The notes beneath the pieces were generated by a model. That model was not told the DNA's origin. It worked only from the letters and a program-made list of their open reading frames with translations, and made no database searches. Source: a virus. Taken from it: a stretch of 64,000 nt of DNA. The DNA lies in the IMG/VR virus record IMGVR_UViG_3300021364_000006. One strand, 5' to 3'. This document shows, one piece after another, positions 9,219 to 19,104 of this stretch. The position numbers were made by a program, and so were the translations under genes. Numbering within the stretch: the stretch's first letter is position 1; each line of letters begins with the position of its first letter.

Positions 9219-11783
9219 TTATGACATGGTGAATGATGTTGAAACTCCACCAGTTGCATCTGTAAATGTTAATACAGATCCAGTGACTGAAACTGTAATT
9301 TGATTACCAGAAGTTTGTTTAACTAACTGAACCCAAGCTCCATCTGCATATGTTTCGAGTGTGTCTGTATCAACGTTGTAGATAACAGCACCATCAACAA
9401 CACGACTTGAACTTACACTTGTGTTATAATTTCTCTGAACAGTAGTACATTTTGGTGGTAGAATAAATGAGTCAGTTCTTAGTCCAACGTCAACAGCACA
9501 TGTGGGAGTATTTGTACTGAATCCAATGTCACCAAAATCACCAGTAGATATATCTCCTGGTGTAGTTGGCTCAACACCAATCTTGATAGTTGGACCACCA
9601 AAGATAGCTACCGTTGATCCTGTAACAGAAATACCTGCACCAATTTCACTACCAGAACCAGGAGTTCCAACTACTATATTGTCATTAAAGGTAACATCAT
9701 TTTCAATTTGTGTAAATGAAGCAGAAGTTCCAACTATACTCTGACAATCAATATCATTTAAAGTAGCAATACCAGAAACAGTGTTGGTTTCTAGATCACC
9801 AAGAATCTTTACAGCACCAGTTAGTGTAGTGATACCTCCAACAAATAGATCATTAGATACAGAGAGATCTCCTGAAGCAGTAAGTCTTTCTGCTACACTT
9901 AAAGATGCGGTTAATTCTAGAGCATTAAATGTTGATACTCCAGCATCTCCAGTCTCAGTAACATGACATTGGAAATTTCCACATGTTAATGCAGCACCTA
10001 TTAAGACATCCGATGATATATCTAGTTTGAAGAATGTTGATACTCCAGATAGTGTAGCGAAGTTTAAATTTTGTGGAACTGCTGTTGTCAAATCTCCAAC
10101 AATATTGAAATCAGCAACTGTTGTAATTCCAGTTGTGGTATTGTAATTAAAATCAGCTGGTGTGATATTTAAAGCACTTAAAATATCTAGTGTTGCAAAT
10201 GTTGAAACACCCGTATTATTTGCAATGGTTACATTATCAGGTAGGTCTACAAGTCCTGTAAATACCGAATTTCCACTGACATTAAAGTCATGTAGAATAT
10301 CAAACGCATATGCAGTGGAAACACCATTATTTGCATCATTATTAAATGTAATACCACGATAGATAATAACATCTTGATCAAACTGAGAGTCACCAGTGAC
10401 TAATAACTGACCATCAATTTTAGCGTTACCAACTGATTGGAGGGGTCTATCAGGATTTGTGATGCCAATGCCAAGGTATCCATCCTTGGTAAAAGTCATC
10501 TTCTCCTCTCCACCATCACCTCTTAACCATCTAAAGTTTCCATTTAGATTAGCATTGGGAATTTGTCTACCTAGATGGTAAATGTAATCACCATTCGCAT
10601 AGTTTGATAGTTCTAGTCTTAAAACTTCTTGTCTAAGTTCTGCTGTACTGTTACCAATACCTAAGTCACCACCAAGATTTAGAGTTGCAGCTCCAGTTTC
10701 TGTAAGAATTTCTAGATTAGTTCCTTGCTGTTGGAAAAGAACAAGTGAAGATTGTGGATCTGTGGTGCCTATACCGACTCCACCATCAGTGATATTAAAG
10801 ATTGAACCACCTGTACCAACTTTGAAACTATCAGTACCATCAGTTATTGCAATCTTACCAACACTTAAATCACCATAAATGTCAGCTCTGTTGACAGTAA
10901 GTGCAATGCCAGCATCAACAGTATTTGCAGATACGAAACCAACTCTAATATCTGGAGTTCCTGTTAGTGTTCTAGCAGTAGATGCAACAGCAGTAAGTGT
11001 GCCTTTAAACTCACCTTCGTTGAAGGTTGAAATACCAGATTCAATAACTGTATTTGCAAAAATTCTTGCCTCACTATCTCTACCTGGTTCTGGTGTAACA
11101 GATCCAATGAATCCACCCAGAGCAGTAACAACACCACTTAGTTGTTGATCTTGTACTAATTTAAAGTCTGGAACGAGAGGAAGTTTATCTAGTTCTAATC
11201 TTGGGATTCTTGCTTGAGTTACAATACCAGACGTGAGTTCATCTGCATCTAAATCTGTTATGAATGTTCCACTACCAGCAAAACGAGTAGCAGTTATAGC
11301 TGCGGAAACATATATGTTTCCATACTGCATACCAATACCATCAAAACCCTGTTCAGGGTTTCCACCAACTTGAAGTTGATATTGTGGAAGTAGAGTTGAG
11401 ATGCCAACATTACCACCATTGTAAACACTAGAAACACCAATACCAGTGTCTACATCTACCCATTGTGATGTTGGAAGATTAGATAATTGTGAACCATCAC
11501 CAAAGTATGAAACCACCCCAGTAAAGGCGGTCATAATACCATTATTAAATTCAAAATTACCAACTATAACACTCTTTCCAACACCAGTCTCGAAAGATGC
11601 ACCACCACCTACACGAATCTCACTAAACGTACTCAAACCTGAAAACGCTGATTCAGATCGAACATCCAAGAACTTGGTCGGTATCGATGTTCCGATACCA
11701 ACCAGAGAACCATTAACAACTAGAGACTGATCAGACGCCTGAAGGCCTTCTCTAAAATTAAATACCTTCTTAAAATTTGCCAT
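9219..11783 (-). CDS. virion structural/tail fibre protein
   Basis: Repeated VGIGT-x-x-P and GISTF motifs; late-promoter-like CTAAATA upstream. Confidence 0.75.
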   Translation of the reverse strand: MANFKKVFNFREGLQASDQSLVVNGSLVGIGTSIPTKFLDVRSESAFSGLSTFSEIRVGGGASFETGVGKSVIVGNFEFNNGIMTAFTGVVSYFGDGSQLSNLPTSQWVDVDTGIGVSSVYNGGNVGISTLLPQYQLQVGGNPEQGFDGIGMQYGNIYVSAAITATRFAGSGTFITDLDADELTSGIVTQARIPRLELDKLPLVPDFKLVQDQQLSGVVTALGGFIGSVTPEPGRDSEARIFANTVIESGISTFNEGEFKGTLTAVASTARTLTGTPDIRVGFVSANTVDAGIALTVNRADIYGDLSVGKIAITDGTDSFKVGTGGSIFNITDGGVGIGTTDPQSSLVLFQQQGTNLEILTETGAATLNLGGDLGIGNSTAELRQEVLRLELSNYANGDYIYHLGRQIPNANLNGNFRWLRGDGGEEKMTFTKDGYLGIGITNPDRPLQSVGNAKIDGQLLVTGDSQFDQDVIIYRGITFNNDANNGVSTAYAFDILHDFNVSGNSVFTGLVDLPDNVTIANNTGVSTFATLDILSALNITPADFNYNTTTGITTVADFNIVGDLTTAVPQNLNFATLSGVSTFFKLDISSDVLIGAALTCGNFQCHVTETGDAGVSTFNALELTASLSVAERLTASGDLSVSNDLFVGGITTLTGAVKILGDLETNTVSGIATLNDIDCQSIVGTSASFTQIENDVTFNDNIVVGTPGSGSEIGAGISVTGSTVAIFGGPTIKIGVEPTTPGDISTGDFGDIGFSTNTPTCAVDVGLRTDSFILPPKCTTVQRNYNTSVSSSRVVDGAVIYNVDTDTLETYADGAWVQLVKQTSGNQITVSVTGSVLTFTDATGGVSTSFTMS

Positions 11784-11818
11784 TGATATGGTGTTTTTAT
11801 GTATTTAGGACTGGTTCC

Positions 11819-14800
11819 TTACTTGATACGAATAATATAGAATAGACCCATGTAAGGAGGTAGGTTTTTGTTAGTTCCACTTTGACCTGTGCTGTCAACT
11901 GCGACGTTGTGGCTGTGTGATCCAGCATTACCAACGTTGTGGCTGTGTCCACCACCATTACTAACATTACCACCGTGAGAGTGTGAACCACCACCGTCAA
12001 CGACGTGAGTGTGATTTGATTGGTTAGGAATTTCATGACCATGATTTCCTTGGCTAGGAATATCATGTCTATGTTGACCATCCCCAGGAATATTATGGCG
12101 GTGATTGCCAGCGTTGTTCACACCGTGTCTGTGGTTTCCGTTGTAACTGGTTTGTACATTCTGACGGTCAGTTCTAGAAGATCTAGAGTTTCTGTTGCCG
12201 TATTCAGTCTGATTGTTTCTTCTTTGATATGTGTGTCTGTGAGCACCGCCATTATTGGTTTGGTGTCCATGTTGTCCTTCATTACCAGTCTCCCCTTCGT
12301 GACTGTGGTTGCCAACGTTACCAGTTTCCCCTTCGTGACCATGTGATCCAGCACCAGCAACATTTCCACCGTGAGAGTGTGAACCAGCACCCTCAGTGGG
12401 GTGGCTATGGTTTGCCTGGTTAGGAATTTCATGTGAGTGAGCATTTGCTGCTACCACATTGTGAACGTGGTTTGGCTGGTTACTTGCATTACCAACGTGA
12501 TCGTGAGAAATAACCGCAGCATCTTTACTACCACCAGTTCCACCTCTACCATAAAGATTACCACCACCAACAACAAATCTATCCTCTAAGTTTGGAAGTA
12601 AGAATGTAGTTCCAGATGGATTTGCACCGAATGGGAATTGAAGACCACCGTTTGTTATGTTGGCATATAGATCAGGATAATCTGCCTGATTTAGTGTTGA
12701 ACCATCACAAAGATGCCAGTATTCATTACCACTAATGAATGAAGTTGTGCCAGACCACATCACAATGCCACCAATAGGTGGTAGGTTGGGAACAATAAGT
12801 TGATCAGCAACAATAGTTCCATCAACATCTAAGTTGCCTTCAACTCTAGTTAAACCTGTGGCAGCTTTGAGGGTTAAGTTGTCAGATGTAGTTTCGATTC
12901 TGGATGTTGATGTACCAGAACCAACTTTAATGTTTGCAGCATCAATACCACCATTGGCATCAATGTTACCACCAAAAGTACCAACACCAGCAACATCTAG
13001 AGCACCATCAATCTCGGCACTTCCACTAGATCTGAATCTTCCAGTGACTTCTAAGTTTGCATCAACTTTAGTATTGCCAGTAATGTTGACAACATTGTTG
13101 ACTCTTAGTGGACCATCAAACTGAGATAGTAGTGTCTTGGATGGGCCACCCTCAACAACTAATCTCTGTCTGACAGTAACTTCATCGAAGATAACAGATA
13201 GAACAGAAGCATCCTCACCTCTGATTGATGGAACTGGTGCATCAAATGTCGATTCTTCACCAGTTGATGGGTTGATAATCTTGTTACCAATGAAGAAGTC
13301 ACCATCATTGTTCATAGCGGTGTATACAACCACACCACCAGATCTCTTCTGAGATTGTGTTAGGAACTCTTCTCTATCAGTCAGAGTAATATTCTGAACC
13401 TGAGGTAGACCTGTGGAGTAGTTACCAGGACCATAACCTAGATATTCAAATGTATGACCAGAACCTCTCAGGATTGAAGGTCTGCGAAGCTCCATGCCTC
13501 TGATGTTGACTCTCCTGACTCTCTCACCCTCTTGATGACTGACAGTTTGAGAAGCAACAGCACCTCTGAGAACAGTCAACTCATTATTTGCAGATCCAGA
13601 GAGTTCTCCATCAGCAATTCTCATGATTTCAGCACCAATCTGGATGTAAGATCCGATTGGGAATCTGATGTCAGTTCCTACACCAGAGTTTGCAACTGAT
13701 AGAATAACTTTATTATCAGATTCAGCACTTCCTAGATCATTTCCTAGAATTGCATCATCATGTAGGAAGAGTGGTGTAACTCTAGATCCGATAGATTCTG
13801 TATCTGCATCGATTGAACCACCTTTTGCATCAAAGATGGTTGGCATTAAGAACCTGGGACCAGTCTGTGGAACAGGATTTGAGTTAGCTTGTACAGTAAA
13901 GGTCAGAATACCAACTCTTTCTAGTACGTTAAATCCACCAAAACTATTGTTATTGTTATCAATGATACCGAAACTAGCACCTGCAACTAATCCGTGTGCA
14001 TTATTTGTTTCAATGGTTTGAACACCATCAGTAATTGCACCAACTGTCTTAATACCAACTGAACGACCACAATCGATTACATACTGATTTTCGGATGGAT
14101 TTGGATCTCCAGCCGTGATTGCAAAAGACACTCTATCCTTCGCAGGAGTTCCAACAACACGATAGAAGTTTGTAGCAGTGCTACCAATGCCAGTGATTTG
14201 AATTGAGTTTCCAATAAATGTAGAAATACCAGCATCTGTGATGGTGATTTCTGCACCAGTAAAGTTATCTAGATCTAATGTTTCTCCACTAGAATAACTG
14301 GAACCACCGTTGATAATCTGAACGTTTTGTACTGCACCACCAGAACCAACAGTGACTCTAGCTGTAGCACCATCCCAATCAGATGTTCCATCATTGAATA
14401 GTTTTATATTATAGTAATCACCTTCAGTGAATCCACTTCCACCAGTAAGAGTATCGAAAGTAGCAATACCAGCATATCCATGTGGACGATCTAGAATTAC
14501 GGTAGCGATACCAACTTCATCATTTCTTTCAAAGTCGAGAATTGTTCTACCATATCCAACTGATCTGGCGAACTTATCGATAGTTTCTCTTGTAACACTA
14601 TTTTCAGGATCGTCAACTGCAACATCACCGATTGGAGCTCTCTTTGCAAATGACTTAGCTGCATCTGGGTTGGCAAGAATATTATCTCTATCCAACTGAG
14701 GATAATATCTTTCAATGTCTGGTAGGAACTTGAGGTTATCAAATTCTTCTACAATTCGGTTATCAGCAGCGAGGATATTAAAGTGGTAGATACCATCACT

Positions 14801-17698
14801 AATTCCAGGATTGTGCTGTTGAATTACTTCAGATCTATAGAGTGAAATATTCTTTTGACTATCAACTCTCTGGTATCTCGCCATGAGTTGAACTCTGGTG
14901 TTCATGTCAGATGTAAAATCACCAGGAGATCTTGTAACATTATCAGTATCTGTTGTTGAGTGTGTGAATGTTAGGTCATCAACAATACTTGTGACTTCAA
15001 ATGTACCATTGTATCCACTCTTACCAATACCTTCGACGTTAGTTGTACTCTTGACATCTACAATCTTAACTACATCCCCAACAAATAATTCGTGGGGAAT
15101 ATCAGCTCTGATAGTAACTGTTGAACCACTTGCAGAGCAAGTAGAGATGTATCTGTTGTTTCTATTAAATTCAAAGTCTTCACCGTCAAGAGAAGAAATG
15201 GTAAAGTCTTGATTACTTCTAGCAGATGTATTGTTACTATCTTGTAGAATAAATCCGTTTACAGGATCTCTACCAATCGTAGATTCTTTTGGAATGAAAT
15301 ATCTAAGTTTATAAATTTTATCACCAAGTGATCTATTATCAGAGAATCTCTTGATAAATGTTTCAGCAGTCTGGGCACCAATTCCTGCTACACCTCTAGA
15401 AACAATTTCAGTATAAATGTCATTATCTTCTTCACAATGAATAAACCAGTTATTCTGATTTGGGTCAAATAATACAGGACATCCAATCTCGTTTGCAGCT
15501 TTATCAGATACACGACTTTCTACTCTGAGTCCTGTTCCACCATATACTGTGATTGCTTCTCCTCTTAGAGCATCACTAGATGTAGAAGCAACACGGAATA
15601 GAGCTAAGTTAATGCCATCAACAATGGCATAGTAAACCCTATCTTCTTGTAAGTTTTCTGGTAAGTCACCATCTTCACTGATGATACGAACTTTTTCACC
15701 AGTTACAAGATTGTGATTAACTTGACAGTTAAATCTTCCTTCTGCATCTAGTCCAACAATTCTAGTAATCCTTTCTTTGGATCCTTGACCAGTTGCAATC
15801 GTAGATGATGCCGAAACAACATTATCGGTGATTAGAATTGGTGCAGAATATGCAGTTACACCAAGACCACTAGTCAAATTAACGAATAGTTTATCATTTT
15901 CTCTGGCACCAATACGATAACCCTGAGAAATAATTGCAGGGGGATTATCCTTGTCAGTAAATCCAAAGAGATATAGATGACTGTTGATACCAACCTGTTT
16001 TGTCTTGTCAACATCAAGTGTAAACAGATCGACGTTTGATTCAGTTTGTGGAATAGTTTGTGGTGCAACTAATCCAGTGATATATCCTTGGTCATCTTTT
16101 GTAAATGCCTCAGCCTTAAATCCAGATGAGATTAGAGCAATTTGACCAAAGTTTGAGTTGGAGTTCGTGATAGATGCGTCACCACCAGATTCACAAACAA
16201 AGTGACCGTTGAATCCAATAGCGAACACAGACACAACCTGAATGATTGAGTCATTGTTCATCTTGATGTGAGCAGTCTCCCATCCTTTACGATAAACCGC
16301 TCTACTATCTAAGTGATAAACAGTGTTTGAGTTTGTAGAACTAGATTCTGCTGCTAGTTGAGCACCAGTTACTTTAGTGATGGAAATACCATCATACGTT
16401 CTAGATACGGGATTATACTTAACGAAAGCACGGTCATCTTTTTGTAGAGACACAGCCGTATACTGCGCCACAACCATGGATTTAAATCCAGATGCAGTAG
16501 AACCATCGGCAAGCATACCATTCATGCCGAAAACGGATCTCAGAGACACGTTAAAGACGTATGGAGATGCACCCGTCACAGTGTCCGTTTCAATGGTTAC
16601 ATTGGCACCAGAGACGTTTCCAGTGGCAAGTAGAGTGGCATCTACGTCTGTTAATAGATAACCGAATGTTGTAGAATCTGTGACTGAAGTAACGAACGTT
16701 GAAACATTATAATCAGCAGGAGTTACACCTCTAATCTTAATTGGTGTACCAACTGTTAATTCATGTGGTTCATTAGTTTCTACAGTGATTAATGAAGATG
16801 GTGTTACGCCATCACCAGATTTAATAGTCTTAATTGCAATGGGGTCTGCTTGGAATGCACCAACAATCTCCCATTCAACTCTACTCTTGGAGAAACCTAG
16901 TGGATCAGTTGGGAACTTCTGGTCAATGTTTCTACCTGATGCTTCATTAAAAGCATTAGATAGTTTGCTATAATACATGTCAAGGTCAGTTAGACCCGTA
17001 CCATCAACTTCATTTACACCATCAGCAAAACCAAATGCTGTGAGTTTGTTGTGTGAGAATGTTGGTTTTGATTTATTGATTGATGAGAAATCTTGAGGGT
17101 CGGTGTATACCTCTGAGTTTAGATCTCCATCGAAGAATGTAAAGTCTCTGAAATAACAAGTACCAGTTAGACGAATAACAGCAGAATCACCAGCTTCAGT
17201 ATCAGTTGGGTTTGGAACGTAAAGTGGTCTAACTTTGGTTTTTCTGAGGTCAAAACCAACAATAGCAGTACCTCTGGGAAGAATAACTCCACCTCTGTGG
17301 TCGTTAAACTTATAAAGCATATTATCTTCGACTTCCAAATCGAAGACTGAAGATAAAGATAAAGTTAGAGTTGATTGTGCTAGTGTTTCAGTTCCTGCAG
17401 GAGAAATTGCTTTTGCAACACCATTATCGTCTTTAATTCTAAATCCTGGTCTATTATCAACGATATGAGTACCAGGGAACAAAAGAATTGTTGTTCGGTC
17501 AAATAAATCGTTATCGTTACCCCTTACATAAGAAAATCTCGCAGACTCTAAAAGAGCCCTTTGAATAGTCTTAAAGGGTTGAGATAGGGAGTTACCTTGG
17601 TTCTCGATGCTATCTGTAGCACCGATATCGTTAGGATTCACATAAAGGATTTTTCCTTCTGTGTTCTTAATAAAATTTTGGAGCTTACTAAGAGGCAT
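11819..17698 (-). CDS. large tail fibre protein with collar domain and HxH-repeat needle tip
   Basis: PIGGIVMWSG...LCDGS...LPNLEDRFVVG collar; 17 HxH motifs; NLPPY C-terminus. Confidence 0.85.
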   Translation of the reverse strand: MPLSKLQNFIKNTEGKILYVNPNDIGATDSIENQGNSLSQPFKTIQRALLESARFSYVRGNDNDLFDRTTILLFPGTHIVDNRPGFRIKDDNGVAKAISPAGTETLAQSTLTLSLSSVFDLEVEDNMLYKFNDHRGGVILPRGTAIVGFDLRKTKVRPLYVPNPTDTEAGDSAVIRLTGTCYFRDFTFFDGDLNSEVYTDPQDFSSINKSKPTFSHNKLTAFGFADGVNEVDGTGLTDLDMYYSKLSNAFNEASGRNIDQKFPTDPLGFSKSRVEWEIVGAFQADPIAIKTIKSGDGVTPSSLITVETNEPHELTVGTPIKIRGVTPADYNVSTFVTSVTDSTTFGYLLTDVDATLLATGNVSGANVTIETDTVTGASPYVFNVSLRSVFGMNGMLADGSTASGFKSMVVAQYTAVSLQKDDRAFVKYNPVSRTYDGISITKVTGAQLAAESSSTNSNTVYHLDSRAVYRKGWETAHIKMNNDSIIQVVSVFAIGFNGHFVCESGGDASITNSNSNFGQIALISSGFKAEAFTKDDQGYITGLVAPQTIPQTESNVDLFTLDVDKTKQVGINSHLYLFGFTDKDNPPAIISQGYRIGARENDKLFVNLTSGLGVTAYSAPILITDNVVSASSTIATGQGSKERITRIVGLDAEGRFNCQVNHNLVTGEKVRIISEDGDLPENLQEDRVYYAIVDGINLALFRVASTSSDALRGEAITVYGGTGLRVESRVSDKAANEIGCPVLFDPNQNNWFIHCEEDNDIYTEIVSRGVAGIGAQTAETFIKRFSDNRSLGDKIYKLRYFIPKESTIGRDPVNGFILQDSNNTSARSNQDFTISSLDGEDFEFNRNNRYISTCSASGSTVTIRADIPHELFVGDVVKIVDVKSTTNVEGIGKSGYNGTFEVTSIVDDLTFTHSTTDTDNVTRSPGDFTSDMNTRVQLMARYQRVDSQKNISLYRSEVIQQHNPGISDGIYHFNILAADNRIVEEFDNLKFLPDIERYYPQLDRDNILANPDAAKSFAKRAPIGDVAVDDPENSVTRETIDKFARSVGYGRTILDFERNDEVGIATVILDRPHGYAGIATFDTLTGGSGFTEGDYYNIKLFNDGTSDWDGATARVTVGSGGAVQNVQIINGGSSYSSGETLDLDNFTGAEITITDAGISTFIGNSIQITGIGSTATNFYRVVGTPAKDRVSFAITAGDPNPSENQYVIDCGRSVGIKTVGAITDGVQTIETNNAHGLVAGASFGIIDNNNNSFGGFNVLERVGILTFTVQANSNPVPQTGPRFLMPTIFDAKGGSIDADTESIGSRVTPLFLHDDAILGNDLGSAESDNKVILSVANSGVGTDIRFPIGSYIQIGAEIMRIADGELSGSANNELTVLRGAVASQTVSHQEGERVRRVNIRGMELRRPSILRGSGHTFEYLGYGPGNYSTGLPQVQNITLTDREEFLTQSQKRSGGVVVYTAMNNDGDFFIGNKIINPSTGEESTFDAPVPSIRGEDASVLSVIFDEVTVRQRLVVEGGPSKTLLSQFDGPLRVNNVVNITGNTKVDANLEVTGRFRSSGSAEIDGALDVAGVGTFGGNIDANGGIDAANIKVGSGTSTSRIETTSDNLTLKAATGLTRVEGNLDVDGTIVADQLIVPNLPPIGGIVMWSGTTSFISGNEYWHLCDGSTLNQADYPDLYANITNGGLQFPFGANPSGTTFLLPNLEDRFVVGGGNLYGRGGTGGSKDAAVISHDHVGNASNQPNHVHNVVAANAHSHEIPNQANHSHPTEGAGSHSHGGNVAGAGSHGHEGETGNVGNHSHEGETGNEGQHGHQTNNGGAHRHTYQRRNNQTEYGNRNSRSSRTDRQNVQTSYNGNHRHGVNNAGNHRHNIPGDGQHRHDIPSQGNHGHEIPNQSNHTHVVDGGGSHSHGGNVSNGGGHSHNVGNAGSHSHNVAVDSTGQSGTNKNLPPYMGLFYIIRIK

Positions 17699-17705
17699 GG
17701 ATATA

Positions 17706-17745
17706 AAAGTCGCTAACTTTGCTTTATGATTTATTTAGCGACTTT
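17706..17745 (-). promoter_or_regulatory. 11-bp inverted repeat with an embedded late-promoter-like CTAAATA
   Basis: AAAGTCGCTAA/TTAGCGACTTT arms; CTAAATA at 17732-17738. Confidence 0.55.
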
Positions 17746-17752
17746 ACATTTA

Positions 17753-17837
17753 TGCGAGTAGGGAGACTTGAACTCCCACGAGCGTAATGCTCAACAGATT
17801 TTAAGTCTGGTGTGTCTACCGATTCCACCATACTCGC
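17753..17837 (-). tRNA. tRNA-Leu(TAA)
   Basis: Cloverleaf, anticodon loop CTTAAAA, long variable arm, GTTCAAG T-loop; no encoded CCA. Confidence 0.95.
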
Positions 17838-17978
17838 AGGACATTACACTTATCCGAATGCTTGCTATGGGGCACTCAACCCAACATTCTGACAGTTTGT
17901 AATGGAGCAAAGAGAGTAACCAACTCTCAAGATCACAGTGTGGTTAGCACCGTCGCGGGCGAGCTCATTCCCCGTCTA
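17838..17978 (-). ncRNA. structured RNA between tRNAs (possibly manA-motif-like)
   Basis: Several clear helices (CATTACA/TGTAATG, GAATGTT/AGCATTC, GAGAGT/ACTCTC, ACGGTG/CACTGT, CGGG/CCCG); family name is a guess from context. Confidence 0.55.
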
Positions 17979-17979
17979 A

Positions 17980-18052
17980 TGCTTCCTGAGAGGATCGAAC
18001 TCTCCTTAGGCAAATTATGAGTTTGCTGCATTCACCAGATTGCTAAGGAAGC
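17980..18052 (-). tRNA. tRNA with CAT anticodon (elongator Met or lysidine-type Ile2)
   Basis: Cloverleaf; loop CTCATAA; lacks initiator hallmarks. Confidence 0.9.
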
Positions 18053-18055
18053 AAA

Positions 18056-18127
18056 TGGTTCTGCCGAGAATTGAACTCGGTTCACACGCTTATAAGGCAT
18101 GGGCTTTAACCAATAAGCAACAGAACC
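18056..18127 (-). tRNA. tRNA-Ile(TAT)
   Basis: Cloverleaf; CATGC-CTTATAA-GCGTG anticodon arm. Confidence 0.9.
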
Positions 18128-18134
18128 TCAACAA

Positions 18135-18317
18135 TCAGATGTCACATATAGGTGGATTGTATTTTAAATATTCTCGAAATGTCATTCTCATTTCTTTTTC
18201 TGTCATCCCACAATTCTTTGCTGCTTCGGGGACATTCATTGTGCAATCATAAAGTGCTTCATTCGATTGCTGTACGTTTTCAGGTGTGGTCTTAACCTTT
18301 TTTTCCATTCGATTCAT
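18135..18317 (-). CDS. conserved cyanophage hypothetical protein (possible HTH)
   Basis: KTTPENV...MNVPEAAKNCGMT. Confidence 0.65.
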   Translation of the reverse strand: MNRMEKKVKTTPENVQQSNEALYDCTMNVPEAAKNCGMTEKEMRMTFREYLKYNPPICDI

Positions 18318-18355
18318 CGAATACTCAAGTATTATAAGTGATCAGTGATGCTGTG

Positions 18356-19102
18356 TCAAGTGTTGATGCCGCTTGGTCCTGCGTTTGGATAGAAGTTTGC
18401 AATCCTATCCTTGCGGTTTAGAGTGTTTCTTCTTCCTCTACTGAAAGCCCATGACTGCTTTCTGTACTCTGCTGCTTCTTCTTTAATGGTTTTGGATGTT
18501 GTTGCATAATCAGATCTTGGTCCAGATGCCTTTGCACTATTATATGCACTAATTGCACTTTGCTGTGCTGTGTATAGTTCTGAACAAGTTTGAGTGCATA
18601 TTCCAGGAAAAAGTTGACTAGAACTTACATAGAGTAATAATGCACTATCTCCTGATGTTATTTGATTATCAATACCTCTACCATAGTTGGATGGATTTAA
18701 AGTTGTTGATCCACCAGATCCATTCGTTAAATTAGTTGGACTTGCTTCACCGAGAGGATCATCCCCATCATATCCATCATAACTATTATTATCCATCACA
18801 TTTTGAGCAATCTCATAATATACAGTCGCAGCTGTTCCTGCCAAAAAATTTCCAGTGCTTGCCGTAGCAACAGAACAACCACAACCAGTTGCAATAACAC
18901 CAAAATTAATTGCTTGTGACAGATGACGATTTGCATCAACTACAGTCTGTGCATATGCTTCATCAGATGCATTAGCTAATGGTGTGATTCCACCTATATG
19001 ATCATCATACTTATCAAGTTGAGTATCTAAGAAAGCAACGTCGTTTTCAAGTTGGTTAGTTTCTCTGTCGTAAAAAATTTGTAGCGGAGTCTTTTCTGCC
19101 AT
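18356..19102 (-). CDS. hypothetical structural protein
   Basis: 248-aa ORF at the end of the baseplate operon. Confidence 0.65.
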   Translation of the reverse strand: MAEKTPLQIFYDRETNQLENDVAFLDTQLDKYDDHIGGITPLANASDEAYAQTVVDANRHLSQAINFGVIATGCGCSVATASTGNFLAGTAATVYYEIAQNVMDNNSYDGYDGDDPLGEASPTNLTNGSGGSTTLNPSNYGRGIDNQITSGDSALLLYVSSSQLFPGICTQTCSELYTAQQSAISAYNSAKASGPRSDYATTSKTIKEEAAEYRKQSWAFSRGRRNTLNRKDRIANFYPNAGPSGINT

Positions 19103-19104
19103 GA

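Noticed and set aside
11900-12510. Repeats in the fibre tip as DGR template/variable repeats or a CRISPR array
   Set aside because: In-frame coding repeats; no reverse transcriptase, adenine-specific mismatch pattern or repeat-spacer periodicity seen
17838-17978. tmRNA or a fourth tRNA
   Set aside because: No T-arm GTTCRA, acceptor end or tag reading frame
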